Below are positions 1-13,997 of a stretch of 64,000 nucleotides of DNA, piece after piece. Every line of letters starts with the position of its first letter. Position 1 is the first letter of the stretch. A model generated the notes under the pieces. It was not told the origin of the DNA. It made no database searches and worked only from the letters and a program-made list of their open reading frames with translations. The DNA is from Octopus vulgaris (taxonomy: Eukaryota). A program made the position numbers and the translations under genes. Location of the stretch: assembly GCA_951406725.2 (NCBI GenBank), contig OX597824.1:47244001-47308000 (forward strand). The letters are read 5' to 3'.

Positions 1-509
1 CACACACATTATCTGTACATTTAAATGTACAACTACTATTGTATGAGTTAGAGCCACATGTAGATTATCATTATCCAGTCAGCTTCCTGTATATATATGA
101 ATATATATTAATCTACCATTGTACTTAGCAATGTTTAATAGTTATGATATACAGGGCATATGTACTGTAAAATTATGATAAACATAAGTGTAAATTATTA
201 GTTGCTACATGTTTCACCTTACTTGTGCATGTGTGTTTATATATATACATATATATAAAATGAAAATATGGGTTTAGTAAAATCTTGGCATATTCCTTAT
301 GTAGCACTTGATATGAATTCTCAACTATCTACACATTAAGATATATTTAATGTGATTCCATAAAATATAATTACTAGGTGCATAAGTGCAGGAAATCTAG
401 GTGTAGATATAAATATAGATATATACCACTGATTGAATGACTTAGTATGTATTTTCAAAGAGTAAAATAGAAGACAAAGATGAAGATATCAGTATAACAC
501 ACACACGAT

Positions 510-641
510 ACAGTTTGACTCAGCTTCACATTCTATAAAATTTTGTGGGTATAGGGCACATCAGATACTGTCTCCAAATACCTGATGAGGTGGACAGATC
601 CTACACTCATGAGACTTTAATGTGGAGCTGAGTCAAACCGT
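510..641. repeat. Imperfect inverted repeat (fold-back), about 130 bp
   Basis: 510-532 matches the reverse complement of 619-641 at 21/23. Inner arms also pair and differ by transitions. Confidence 0.75.
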
Positions 642-703
642 CATTAAGAACATGTAGCTCCAACCAAATATGTTTAGTGCTACTTTCTTTCATTTCTTCA
701 CTC

Positions 704-734
<31 letters not shown>

Positions 735-2125
735 CAGTAGGAATTTTTATTTGAATCCAAGCAGTGACTGATAAACAATTTGGTAGAAAATGTGTAGAGT
801 GGCAGTTTAAAAATTTTTTAATCTGGAAATATGTACACAAAACAGTACAAAACTGAAATAATAAACAGTTCGCAACAAAACAGAAATCCTAAACCTAATT
901 ATTGTCTGCCACTATCCTCAGCTATATGTATATGACAGAGGCTAACAAAGAAGGAGGATGAGACAGTTTATGAGTATATTCATGCTACAGAGAAATGCCT
1001 GTTGGCGAAATGATACAGAGCTGCATATGATTACACAGACACACATGTCAATACATGTGAGCATTCATATAAACCTAATGAAGAATGCATCAAATCCTCC
1101 TCCAAATATATGTGACAAAATAAACAATATTTATATAAACAAAGACAAGTGAAAACAAAAAGAGTAACAAGAAAATTTTACTTATAAAGAAGAACAATAC
1201 AGATAAAAAAAATCAAAAAATATGAAATTAGAAACAGAAAAGTAAACCTGTTAAATAATCTGATGGCTGCAAAAATTTATACATTCTCTGACTATACATA
1301 AATAAAGAGGGGGAAAAAATCCAGCAATATATATATATATATATTATTTAACAAGCTCAGATCCATTTAAGTTTGCTCTAGGATACAAAAAAGTAATGAT
1401 GTGATTATATATATGAGTATATCTCTACCTGATTGGTTTAATTTTACACCTACAAACTGTCTCTCACAAAAGATGAGTTATCTTATATCGAGTCTTTACA
1501 AAGTTTCAAATATGACAAAAATACTAGCAAGGGCCCTACAGTTTCAGAAAAGAGTCGGAATGAGGTGCAATATTCCTGCATTTTTCAAGGGTGATAGTAG
1601 TGTGAGTGAAGTAAACTGAAATTGAGTTGTGGCTTACATTATGATTTATGACCCATGTCACAAATATAGCTATATTAACACACAAAAATTACAAAAGTAA
1701 TATTCTTAAGTAATACTTTTTAAAACATGTTACAATTGAGTTTACGTCATATATGTTGGTGCTATATTTAAGCTGGAACATGTTCATTGCTCTCTATTAG
1801 GAACTTATATATATTGGATAGATAGAGCAATAAAAAATACACTACTCAAAAGGTGGTACATAAGCATGGACTTAGCCATGAAAGAGAAAACAAACAAAAA
1901 GAATTGCAAGGCCTCATTGCAATTAAAGAAATATCAAGAGGAAAATAAGGTGTGTTATTTTCAAGAATGTGACACAAGCAAATTCAAAGACCCAAGAAGC
2001 TGACAAATCACAACATCTTGATGACTCAAACAATTCAATCTGGATTTCTCAGCTGTTAAATATTCAAAAACATTGTCCATTCTCATTTCCTCTTCAAAAT
2101 AAGTAATATCGACAAAATTAGTTAT

Positions 2126-2165
<40 letters not shown>
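2126..2165. repeat. (AAT)n microsatellite
   Basis: Directly visible; source of the poly-I and poly-Y ORFs. Confidence 0.95.
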
Positions 2166-2170
<5 letters not shown>

Positions 2171-3916
2171 CACATAAAAGTCCTTGTAGAAGAAAAATGT
2201 TTCTCTTCAGATTTTTGAAGCACTTGAGGCAAAACTCATAAAAAAACATACAAGAGCAGCTTGACTTAGTATACATGTGTGTGTTGATAGAAAGAGAGAG
2301 ATCATACACACACTCACATGAATAGGTAAGTTTGTAAACACATTATACTAACATACACAGATGGCTATATAGACATGCCCATTTGTAAGGTTTCAATGAA
2401 AACAGATCTGTTACTATTTTCTAAATTTCATGACATTATTTTCTTTTTCACCTTTCCTTATAGATTTCTGTACAGTAAGAAAAACAAAAACACCATACCC
2501 ATCATTGCTTTAAACTGCCAGAAGAGCTAAACAAATAACATTTCTAAGAGTGATAAAAAGAGTTTGTGTAAGAACTGTATGTTATTTGAAAATGATGTCT
2601 CATACTTCTGTAAAGACATTCAATCAAGAGTATTATTACTGGAGGAATGGCTGTTGTAGTGAAGATAATTTATAACATTAGAGAGATTTGTTGTCTTTGG
2701 AATGCTTTTAATTATTTACAATAAATAGTTTTGATTTGGGGAGAGCATGTGTCCATTGTGGTACAGCTTTCATATTTCACTATCTAAATACTTGTTATGT
2801 TGCAAATTTGATTGTCAATTAGCAATATAGTTGAATTGAAACAACAGTCAAGCTATGACTCAGGTTGCAACTGAAATAAGGTTTTAAATCAGCAACATTC
2901 ATGTTAAGAATTCAAAAGTGTTTCATATAAATTTGTCATCAGCAACATGTTGCTGCATTTTCTTCAAATTATTGCTTAAAGACAAAGGTATTTGTAAGTG
3001 TAGCATTTACAGCTTTAGATTGCTGTTATTTCATTTCATTACTGTGTGGATTTTGCAGTCTTTTTACATAGTAAATCAACAGCTCTTCTCATGAATCACA
3101 AGTAAGTGATATGGTCATTTTCAGATAGAAAATGCTTCATTGTTTTCTACAGCTTTGCACATCATTTTCTGTACTGTCCAAATCTCCTTCTGAAGCAATA
3201 TAATAAGCATGAATAAAACCATTAACTTTCAAGTTACTCATACCAGTATACCACATGAAGTTGCAGTAATATTACTAGTAATAACATCTCAGTATAGCCA
3301 CAGATAATACAATAGTAAAATCCAAACACATACCCACTGGAAAAAATCTTTAGTATTTTGTTTCCAAATGACATTTTAACATACATCTTTCCATGCTACT
3401 ATCATGCATTTTTTTTTCCAGATTTTGGACATTTACAAAAAATGGTGGGTAAATAAATTGATATATCAATGTAGGATGTTTGAATTACATAGCTCATCAT
3501 AAATTTATCTGCTAAGATGAGCAGCAAAGCTGCATAACGCACATTTCATGATGTTCCATTTATTTCAGTTTCTAACAGCTAAATAAAAATCTGTAACAAA
3601 TATAAAAAGTTTAACATGAAAAATAATATACTAACCTTATTCAGAGTACCAACAGAAAAAAATGTGAATGCATATAAGCACACGCACACACACACACAAT
3701 ATGACATACATACTTACACACATACACCAACACATGTCCAGTGACAAAAAAGTCACATTTTTCTCAAAATGTTTTAGAAATACAAGAAATAAGAACAAAA
3801 TAATAAATATTACTACAACAGCTACTATTACTACTAATAATAATAATGAATTCCAAGTACTTTTTCTTGCTCTCTAATGCCATTTTAATATTTTACATTT
3901 TTTTTTTTTTTGTTAT

Positions 3917-3922
3917 TTTATT
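3917..3922 (-). promoter_or_regulatory. Candidate polyadenylation signal AATAAA of the RMDN gene
   Basis: AATAAA about 165 nt after the stop codon. A genomic A-run follows, so 3'-seq could misprime here. Other AATAAA hexamers occur further downstream. Confidence 0.4.
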
Positions 3923-4084
3923 TCTGAGATACAAGTTCACAGAACGTACCCCACAACCATGTTTTTCTTAAGTTATCTTATAAACTTTTATCTTTCTTTA
4001 AAATTTCATTTTGATTGCGCATTGCTCCTTTTCATTACTGCCTTCTACATCAGGTACATACATGAAAGACATCAGCACGAAATG

Positions 4085-4144
4085 TTATCCATAGGAAATG
4101 TATTTTGACAGAAGATCTTCAATGTCTTTGTCTGTTTTTTCATC
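4085..4144 (-). CDS. RMDN2/RMDN3-like: RMDN terminal coding exon, ends at TAA
   Basis: ccctttctcag|GATGAA acceptor. Encodes DEKTDKDIEDLLSKYISYG*, resembling the RMDN C-terminal helix. Confidence 0.88.
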   Translation of the reverse strand, partial: DEKTDKDIEDLLSKYISYG

Positions 4145-7100
4145 CTGAGAAAGGGAAATAGAAACAATATTTTTAAAATCAGAAAATGATAGCTGAAATT
4201 TTGTGTGTACACAAAATCTGTGTGTACACACAGATACCGAGGCAATCAAAATTAAACAAAAATACAAGAAAGAAAATACGCAAATATGAAAACTAGTAAG
4301 AGACCTTTTGTTACCCTACACTACCCCTGTTTCAGTTAATTTTGAAACTAAAGAACATATCTTAATACGAGATTTTGATGGAAGGTTTAAATCAGTGGTT
4401 CTCAACCATTTTTTCCTATGAACTCCTTTGATTACTATTACTCAGATGGACCTTCAGAGCCATTCAAAGTTTAAAAAGTCTTATTATATCTTTAAAATTA
4501 AATATCATTAGGAATTGTATAAAAAAATCATTAAAACATTGTGTGTATTGTAGAAATATGACCAATTTATTGCACATAAATTTTAACAACAAAATTGTAT
4601 ATGAACCCCTAAGGGTATTATGGTAGTGTCAAGCAAGCTTCTATCAAAAGGCTTTACTACCTGACCTAAATACCAGGAGATTTGCTTACTGAAGAGTCAT
4701 TCAGTTCTTCAAATCTGAAATCAAGTTATTCCTAAAACTGAACTTATGACCCACAATATAACTCACATGACATTACTATCCCCTCAGTTGAAGTAGGGGG
4801 AAAATGAATGTGCATGTGTGTGTGCACATGACAAGCTTGTCCTTTGCTTTAACAACAGTACAACTTTGGAAAATTTTTCATTCTGGACATTATTTCCTTT
4901 TCCCATATGGAGCTGGTCTCAATTACCATTTGGTAATTGTGACACACTCTAGAGGTGGAGATAAATTCTTGATTTACTAAAACTATATTGGATGGTATGT
5001 GGTATACCTATATTTGTTTATGTTCATATACTTCCCATTGGCCACTCTGAGTTATTTTTCTTAGTTCATACGTCTGTGTGTGTGAGTGCATTCATAGAAA
5101 TGAGAGGTTCAAAGGAACATTGCCAATTCTTAATCCATAACCATGAGAATTGACAAAATATATTTAGTCAAAATCACAGTTATAGATCATATATATACAT
5201 AAATAAATACATATAATTTTCTATTTCAATATTCAGAGGCTCTACAGAAAGCTCATCTGTTTCACAAGCCTGAATGATACATGAAGCAGACTCAGCTCAT
5301 TGGGGAAGGCACATACGATCTCACACTCTTCCCCCAATGATCCAAGTCTGATGACCGTGTCATTTAGAGCTCTCCTTAGGACCAGTCAATATCACAATGA
5401 AGTATACTCTCCATCATTGTGCATTGAATATTCCTTTGAACTGTGGTCTTCCCAGATCTATATTGGCTATATTCCATATATATCACAAGAATTAGACTAA
5501 TTAGCCATAAAAAGTTACATACATAAAGGATCTAATAGCACAAAATTTGACAGCATATAACATGGAACATGATACTTCACACACACATAAAAATACATGT
5601 TTATGTATACATGTTAAACAACAACCACACAGCAACTAGTTGAATATAGAAAGGTAGTTTCTTACATCAATTTCACTACGTCTTATTTTCTTGGCTTTCA
5701 ACAGCCATTTGACAGCTTCAGAATATTTTTCCATCTCCGCATAACACTGAAAGAAAAAAAAAAAGGAAATGTTTACAATTTTATACCATTTTCCCCTTCA
5801 CTCCAATTCATTCACAAAATGGTTTCATGCATGTGTGTGTGTGTGTATGTTTGTGTGTGTTACAATAGGTATATGCTTAGGGTAAATGTGGTTTCTTTGT
5901 TGTAGTTTAATAATGTTAGTGTTTAATTCTTCCTAGAATTAAGATTGAATGAATGTGGTGATATCTAAGGTATGTTTGTTCTATTTAATATATATTTGTC
6001 CTAATTATACACTAAAATTTTATAATAAACATAATGCTTTACTTAGTTTTCTATTATAATTATTTGTCAGGTCATTTTTGAACTAGCAGACCTGTGGCCA
6101 AAGGCATTTCAGCTATCAGGTTTTTATTTTTTTTTACCAGGTACATTATACATAAGTTTGCATAATAAAATGCTCCCTTTTTGTTTTGTTTTTTCCTTAA
6201 GATGATAGGGTGTAATATGAGGAAGATCTAGCTGCTATTCTAAACAAGCTGAGTAAACACAAAGGTTCATCATTAGTTTGTTCATTCTAGATGAATGATA
6301 AATTGTATGCAAAAAAAGAGCAACCAACTGCAAAAACAATTGCTCAATGACATCAAATTGTCCAAAGTACAATCAGTGCTGAGTGATTAAGTTCACAATA
6401 TAAACTTGATCATATTTGCATCATACATTGGGCAAGTGACTGTTACTATAGCCTCAAGTTAACCTTGTTAAAAGTGGTTACATAGATCCAAAACATAGTC
6501 ATTCTATATTACAGGTACATTCAATACAAACTGTTTCCTATCCCTGCTCCAGTCCCTACATTAACCACTATGTCCAATTTTCCCCTTTTCATGATGTTGT
6601 CTCTCAGAAATTCCTTCCCTGCCCATAAAGAACATTGGTCCCAAAGGACCTGAGATCGCCATAGGGGCAGTCCCTTTCTCCAGACTAATCCAATACCCCC
6701 CCAAACACAAAATGGCCCACTATGAAAAAGAAAAAGGAAACAAGCAGAAATGACATGGATGACAACCAGGTGAAATGGATTATGATTGCAGTACCTGATA
6801 ATGGTAATGACAATGAGGATAATGTGTGGGAGGGGATTGGAATGAATGAATGAAGTGCTGTCTAGACACCAACAAATGGGTTAGTAGTAGCTCAACAAGA
6901 AATCAAGAATAATGAAAAACAATTAAATTAAAAATAGAAAAGGTCAAAGTTAGCTTTTGAAAATAAACAATAGGAGAAATGAGAGTTCTGTTTTATTGAA
7001 ATTTGATTTTATCAGTACTATGTTGATAAGTAAACAAATGGCTTGATATTGGCATAGATTAGGGAAATGGTGGAGGTATGAAGATAACAGGGATATATAG

Positions 7101-10100
7101 CAAATGTAGAGGAAGGTTAAATGAGTCACAGCTTGGAAAGTTAATTCATAAAATTAGATATACATTAAGATAGATAGATTGCCAAACAAACATATAGGCA
7201 GTTGGAAATGCACAGAAAGAAAAAGTAACTGAATATTAACTGTATAGACTTCATGAAACTATCCCTATTCCAAAACCCAGTAACAATTAATTTTCCATCT
7301 CAGCACATTTGATGATTGATTTTATCAAAACTTTCAATTTTACATATAAATTGTTGAAGCAGAAATTTTTACAGCAAGATTACATAACTGATTGTTAATC
7401 TAACACTGGTAAATTAAGTTTTACCACAACTTATATTGCAGTTCGATAGACTGAAGAAAGCAGAGTAATGTATTTTGCCCAGAGGGCACAAAAAAGAATG
7501 GCTGTACCCAGGTTTGAACTCATTTTCTTGTGATTAGCAGTCAATCTATCTTAACCTCATAAGTTCAACTCAAGAGAAAAAATAAGAGAAAAATACTTGA
7601 ATGCAAAAAAAAAAATTCTTAGGTAAAAAATATTTGGCAAAAGAAATACAATTTCAAGAAAATTGTACTTCTAAGATGTCTTGATATTTATATGTCACAA
7701 GCATTGAATCACCATTAACATTCAGCCTTCTTGAGCTACTCATGTTTTTCTTTTCTCAACCAGCTCAGCTTTGATACATTTAATCAAGCTCCTTAAATAC
7801 ATGCAACATGAGTCTCAAAACTTAATGTACCATAGAGAGACCAGCAAAATATTTTATCAATAAAATAGTATATCTTCATTAAATTAACCAAGTAGAGACC
7901 ATCCTTTTCCATGCTTATACACACATGAGGAGTTAAGTTTAGTGCAACATGTTGACAAAATTACTCATCCAAATTAACTGTTGCTGTCATTTAGTGGTGA
8001 ACTGTTCCAATAATGTAGCATCTATTTACAGCTAGATGGACTGGGCCATTTGAAAGTTTTATTTCTTAAGCACAAACGTAATTGACAGGATATCTTTTGG
8101 CTTGAAGTTTGGTACCCTATAAAACAGTACAATGGCTTAAGGCAAACGGTACAGTCATAAGTTCAAAATTTACTCAGGTAAATCGCTTGCTCCAATCGAC
8201 CCAACTGACAAAACAAGCTTTCTTTCAACTTCACATGCAAGTTGTTTATAATAAGAGCAACTTGTCGCAAAAAGAGTTTCCCTGCCAACAAATACCATTA
8301 CTCATATTGAAAAATGGATGTAAAACAGAAAAAACAAATTTTAGTTTACGTACTCGAGCAATGTGTAATAGATTTTCTTTCCATATCATGGGACGCAGTT
8401 TTTCTGCCTAAAAGTAAATTAAAAAGTACTTTAAATAGGTAAATGCACAATTTAACTGGTCAGAAAGTAAATATGACAAAAAAAAAAAAAAAAAAATCAT
8501 TCTCTTTATTTCTCCAATGTCAAACTTTTAGGGTCAAATTGAATTCTGGAAAAAATCAGGGATCATTTTTTTTTTCAATACCATGTAGTTATGTAAAACT
8601 TGATCAGCTCTGATGAAGCAGATGTGATCAAAGGTTTACCACCATCCCATCTTTTTTTTTTTTTTTTTTCTCAGACTGATAACCAAACATAACAAGAAAC
8701 TGTTTTGAATGGTGAGTTTGACAAAACCCACTTGATGAGTTTTATCAAATTAGTGAACAGTTCAAATCATCTGGAGAAGCTTATAGAAAACTACTCCAGG
8801 CTAACTTTCTTTATAAAATGTATAAACATAAAGCAGTCAGCCATGTCCCATTGACACAATCAATTATTTAGCAATAACTAAAATTTATTCAACTGATTTG
8901 TTCACTTCTCTTTTCTAACAGTGAATACCTAATGCTAGTGTTTGACAAGCGGAAAGTGTAACCTCTCGAAAGAGCAGTTCTTCACTCCTGCTCCAGAGCG
9001 TCGGCTGCGGGGTCACTCTGAAAAGCTCTATCTGCGACGATTTCATCTCAATCGAAGGAGAGGGGCTTTCTCCGTCTGGGTTGCGGATCCGTGGAATAAG
9101 CTGCCGGACGAGATAGTGAAGATGCCGACGACCACTCGGTTCAAAGTCTCCCTTGACTACAAATGGCCTGAACTCTTTACCTGAACACCACCCTGTACAT
9201 AACTCCATGTCCCCCTACATAGCCTTGCTTTTTGCTTTTTGAGCCAAAAAATTAACTAACTAACTAAGCTGGCTTCTATCACCAAATATTCAGATATGTG
9301 GGCTAATTTTCCAAAAACCAGTCGGGGTTACATTACAAATATCAATGTTTTCAGCATCAATTAACTCTAAATGCTTTTTAACTCTTTAGCATTTCAACCA
9401 GCCACTTATAGCCCAAATATTCTGTGTTATGTTCAAACCAGCCAGATCTAGCCTCTTACACCTATCCTACAATGTTTTTTTCTAAAAATGAACAATCACA
9501 TCATGAAAATCTCAAAGCTACAAAATAGTGCATGAATAATTCCAAAGAATGTGAATAAATACATTTGACAGAATAATCCAAATGCTAAACAGTTAAATGA
9601 AACTATGCAAGTGCTTCATTGCATGGTACAATGCAAGTCATTTGCAGTACTATGGACAGCAATAAAAATATTCTAAAGCAAATCACTTTTAATCAATAAT
9701 AACTGGTAATCTGTACAATGAATTAAATAAGATAGCAGAGACTAACAATAAAGAAAACAAAATATAGATAGTTAAAGTAAAGGTATTTTACCGTCATGAA
9801 ATGAGCTAAGGTCTCTTGTGGAGACGTCTGCGGGGGATTGTTGTCAAATATGAGATGTGCAATTTTCCGCTCCATCCAAGTCATCATATACACCTGGTAA
9901 AAAAGAAAAAAAAAGAAAGAAAAACTTCAATGAAATACATTTCAGCCATTCAAGATCAAGGAAAGTAAATATGACAGGTAAGTCCATGAAGGTCTGACTG
10001 CAACAGTTTCCATCTTCATACACAAACAACAAATATAAAATTGCACAGTAGTCATCTTTGCAGTCTCAAACATTCTGTCTAAAACTACAAAAATCAAATA

Positions 10101-13100
10101 CAAAACAACACCCTAGAATAAACTTATTTCGTAACTTCCACATCAACTTTAAATATACATAGAGCTTAGATATAAAACAAAGTATAAGATAACAAGGTAT
10201 CATCCATGAATCTTTGAAAATTTTTATATCCATAAATCTATTATGGAGAATTAAACCTCCTCCTACTTCCTTGTACTCTAAGACTTTTTACTGTATTTTT
10301 TCTAGTTTTATTTTATTTCATTTCATTTTATTTTAATTCACTCTCCTCCTTTACCTTTCTAATCTATCCTACTAATGGTGTTACCCTGTTATTTTACTAT
10401 ACTCTAAGCATGTTGCCTGAGATTACAAACATAAAAAATAAAAATAATGCAATAGACCAAAATAGATTGAATAATTTTATCAATTAGTGTATTTATTTGG
10501 TAAAAGGCTTATTGCACTCTTATAATGATAATTTGCTTTATCTGTTAATGACAATGTGTGACGGATCATTTGACACTGAAAGACTGGTTCACAGATAGCA
10601 CATAAGTGTTAAGATTGAGTCACTTCAGTCAGCTCAACTTAAGTAAAGCAATGGCATCGAAGTAGTTCATCAAACCTGTTCTTGTTGTTATCATTATTGT
10701 TGAGATATTACAAAGCTGTTGTAATCTCTGGATGTGTAAAATGCACTAGTACAGTCATATTTTGTTATGGCTTAGTAAAAGGAGGAAAGGTAATCTCCAT
10801 AACTATATTTCGTAAGTGCTTGAGATAGGTGACAGTAAAGGAAGAAGAAACAACTCGTTGTTGCAGTAGGGAGCAGTGCAACAGGACACTAAGTTATCCT
10901 CAAAGCATGTTTTCTACTCATAGCAACATCTTGATCTCAACCATAAGGTACAACAATCATAATTGGTCAGTTGCTTTACTGACATCATCATATGAGTACT
11001 TCTGTGATTGCCTTAACATATAACTTTTGCGAAAATGTGGAAAGCAAGAAGTAATAGAAAATCTTTATTACTTTCACCTTAGCAAAGGTGGAGATATTCT
11101 TTTCAGTCATGTTTGTTTGTTTGCCCACAGACAAGATATTTCAAGATCCATTGGATGGATTCAGATGAAACTTTCAGGGATGTTTGGCCTCGTGACTGAC
11201 ACAAACTGATTAGATTTTGGGATCGATCTGGTACAGGGCAAGGATTCTGGATTATTTGTTGTATTTACTTTACTTTACATGAAGTATTATGATCTTACAT
11301 TCACTTTTAAGTCTTTCTCTGATTATCTCCCTTGAAAGCACTCGCATGGTTTCCATGTAAGTTACGGCAGTGTTGCTGTTTCCAAAGTTTTACTTTCATT
11401 TCTCTATCATTAATTTTACTCACATCTCTAACTTAAAAACTGATGGATAAAGAAATCAAACTACATAAACAAACGGCAGCAAAACCATTCAGAAATTAAA
11501 TAACACTAACATATTCAGTAACAAAAATGTAATTTATCATTGACAATTTTTAGTTTTACCAATTTTGAATATATTACTCCTGTTTAAAACCTCTTACCTA
11601 CATGACAATTGAATTTCTAGCTGTTTTGAAGGAAGCTTTACTTGTTGGACTCACATTTTTGCATGCAACAATGTTATTAAACCTCTGTTAGCAGCACTGT
11701 ACGCAGGTCCTTTCCGTTTTCTTTCATGCATGGATAAATTTTTCATTATAGACCTTAATAGTCATAAAGACACTATATCAGTGGATAGACTAAAAAAAGG
11801 CCATCATGAAGAAAACTGTCCCAGTTCCCACTGCAGATGGCACACACACAGCATTACAAACACGGCCAGCACACCCACATTTGCATTCCATGACTACCAT
11901 TGGGATCAATCAGGTACTGGACAAGGATTCTGAATTTTTTTCCGATTTTTTTACTCAATTTTTGAGAGTGGTTGGGTTCATTTTTAGTATTCTCGTTTGT
12001 GAGAGCAGTCAAGTTTATTTCAGATATTCTCATTTTAAAAATCATCTCTAGATAATTGTTGAGAGGACATTGGTGTTGCCTTGGCAGAGGTTTGCACTCT
12101 CTGAGTGCTCTTGTTTTTTATAGATTAATGAGTAACTTTTAGCAATGAGAATGATCAGTTTTTGAAATTATATGTATAATTCACAAAATATTTGGTAAGA
12201 ATTAAGCAGTCCTCAACAGAGTTGCACACAAACTTGAAAATAGGCACAGAAATAGCACATGACCTCATGGCCTTTTAACAACTAAACAAATAAGTGAGAA
12301 CAGTTCCTTGCCTTGTAACACATAAAAATGATGGATCTTGAACTCATAATTTTTTTGTCTGAAATTCTGACTAAAAATGCTCTATCATAACAGAAATAAA
12401 AATAAGTAATACCTAGAAATAACAAACTGCTAATCAAGTTGATAGTTTTTCTATTTCTTCTTTTTTGTCTCATTGCAGTGTAGTAGTTTTTAAAAATTTC
12501 TTACCCTATAGTGCCATCTACCCAGCATGTAGTGAAGGAAAGCATCTTTTGGATTGAGCTTCAAACCTTGTTCAATATGGTACTGAAAAGATAAAACAGA
12601 ATGAACATATATGAAAACATATACTGAGTGATTAATGAATCTTTTCAAAATTAGTGATATCCTAATTTAGTTGAACTGATGCCCAAGACAGCTAGAACTG
12701 TAACTGGTTTTATTAAGCATGAGGATACCAAGCTCTTTGTGGCCAGCAGAAAGAGCAATGTACCTAACTCCAAGAAATTATTTCAAAGTTAAACACTATT
12801 CTGTTAAAAAGTTTCATCTTCTGAATTATTTCATATAGGTATGATGCCAGCAAATGGTGAGCAACATGGCATGTAAATATTTAGAACTTCATTTCTGACT
12901 ACATCAAAGAATAAATGACTGAATTTAAAATATCTGAAACTCAATCTAGGAGTTGATGTTCCTATCATGCCAGAAATTCGGTGATATATCAAAGGCAATA
13001 ATACTTAGTTTTCAATGGCCCTGTCCTGCTAGAAGGCAAACAGCAGAAGCATAACAATGATTAGTAGACTCAGTGGCTGACAGTTTTAAGTTCAATTTCA

Positions 13101-13940
13101 TATGATGAGAATAAAGTTAGTTGTAGGAATAAAGTTAGTTCTGACAGACTTCTGTTCAAATCTAGGGACAAATTTATATTGTATACATTTACTGTCGCAA
13201 AAACCATGGATGAGTACCATGCTAGTTTGCCTCAGAAAGTCCATAAGGAAAATAATAATACTTTCTATTAAAGGCACAAGACCTGAAATTTGGTGGGAGA
13301 GGTTAAGTCGATTACATCAACCCCAGTGCTTCACAGGTACTTAATTTATTGACCCCAAAAGGATGAAAGGCAAAGTCAACCTTATTGGAATTAGAACTCA
13401 GAACATAGCGACGGGCAAAATATTGCTAAGCATTTCATCCAACATGCCAATGATTCTGCCTTAATAATAATAATAAAGGTTTCAAATTTTGGCACAAAGC
13501 CAGCAATTCAAGGAAGGGGGCAAGTTGACTACATCAACCCTAATGCTCAACTGGTACCTATTTTATCAACACTGAAAGGATAAAAGGCAGAGTTGACCTC
13601 AGTAGAATTTGAACTCAGAACTCAAACCCAGCAGTGCATTTCATCCAGCACACTAATGGTTCTGCCACCCCGCCTCCTTAATAATAATAATAATAATAAT
13701 TGTAGTAGTAATAATAATCCTTTCTACTATAAGCATAAGGTATGCAATTTTGTGGGCAGGGTAAGTCAATTACATCAATCTCAGTGCTCAACTGGTACTT
13801 ATTTTATCAACCCCAAAGGGATGAAAGATAAAAGTCAATTTCAGTGGAATATGAACTCAGACATAAAACCAGAAGAAATACTGCAAAGCATTTTGTACAG
13901 CATGCTAACCATTCTGCCAGCTTACAATGATAATAACAAA

Positions 13941-13997
<57 letters not shown>

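Noticed and set aside
5281-5355. SECIS or hammerhead reading of the intronic hairpin (ATGAA / CTGATGA)
   Set aside because: There is no AA motif 11-13 nt above the core, no GAAA or stem III, and the site is intronic rather than in a 3' UTR.
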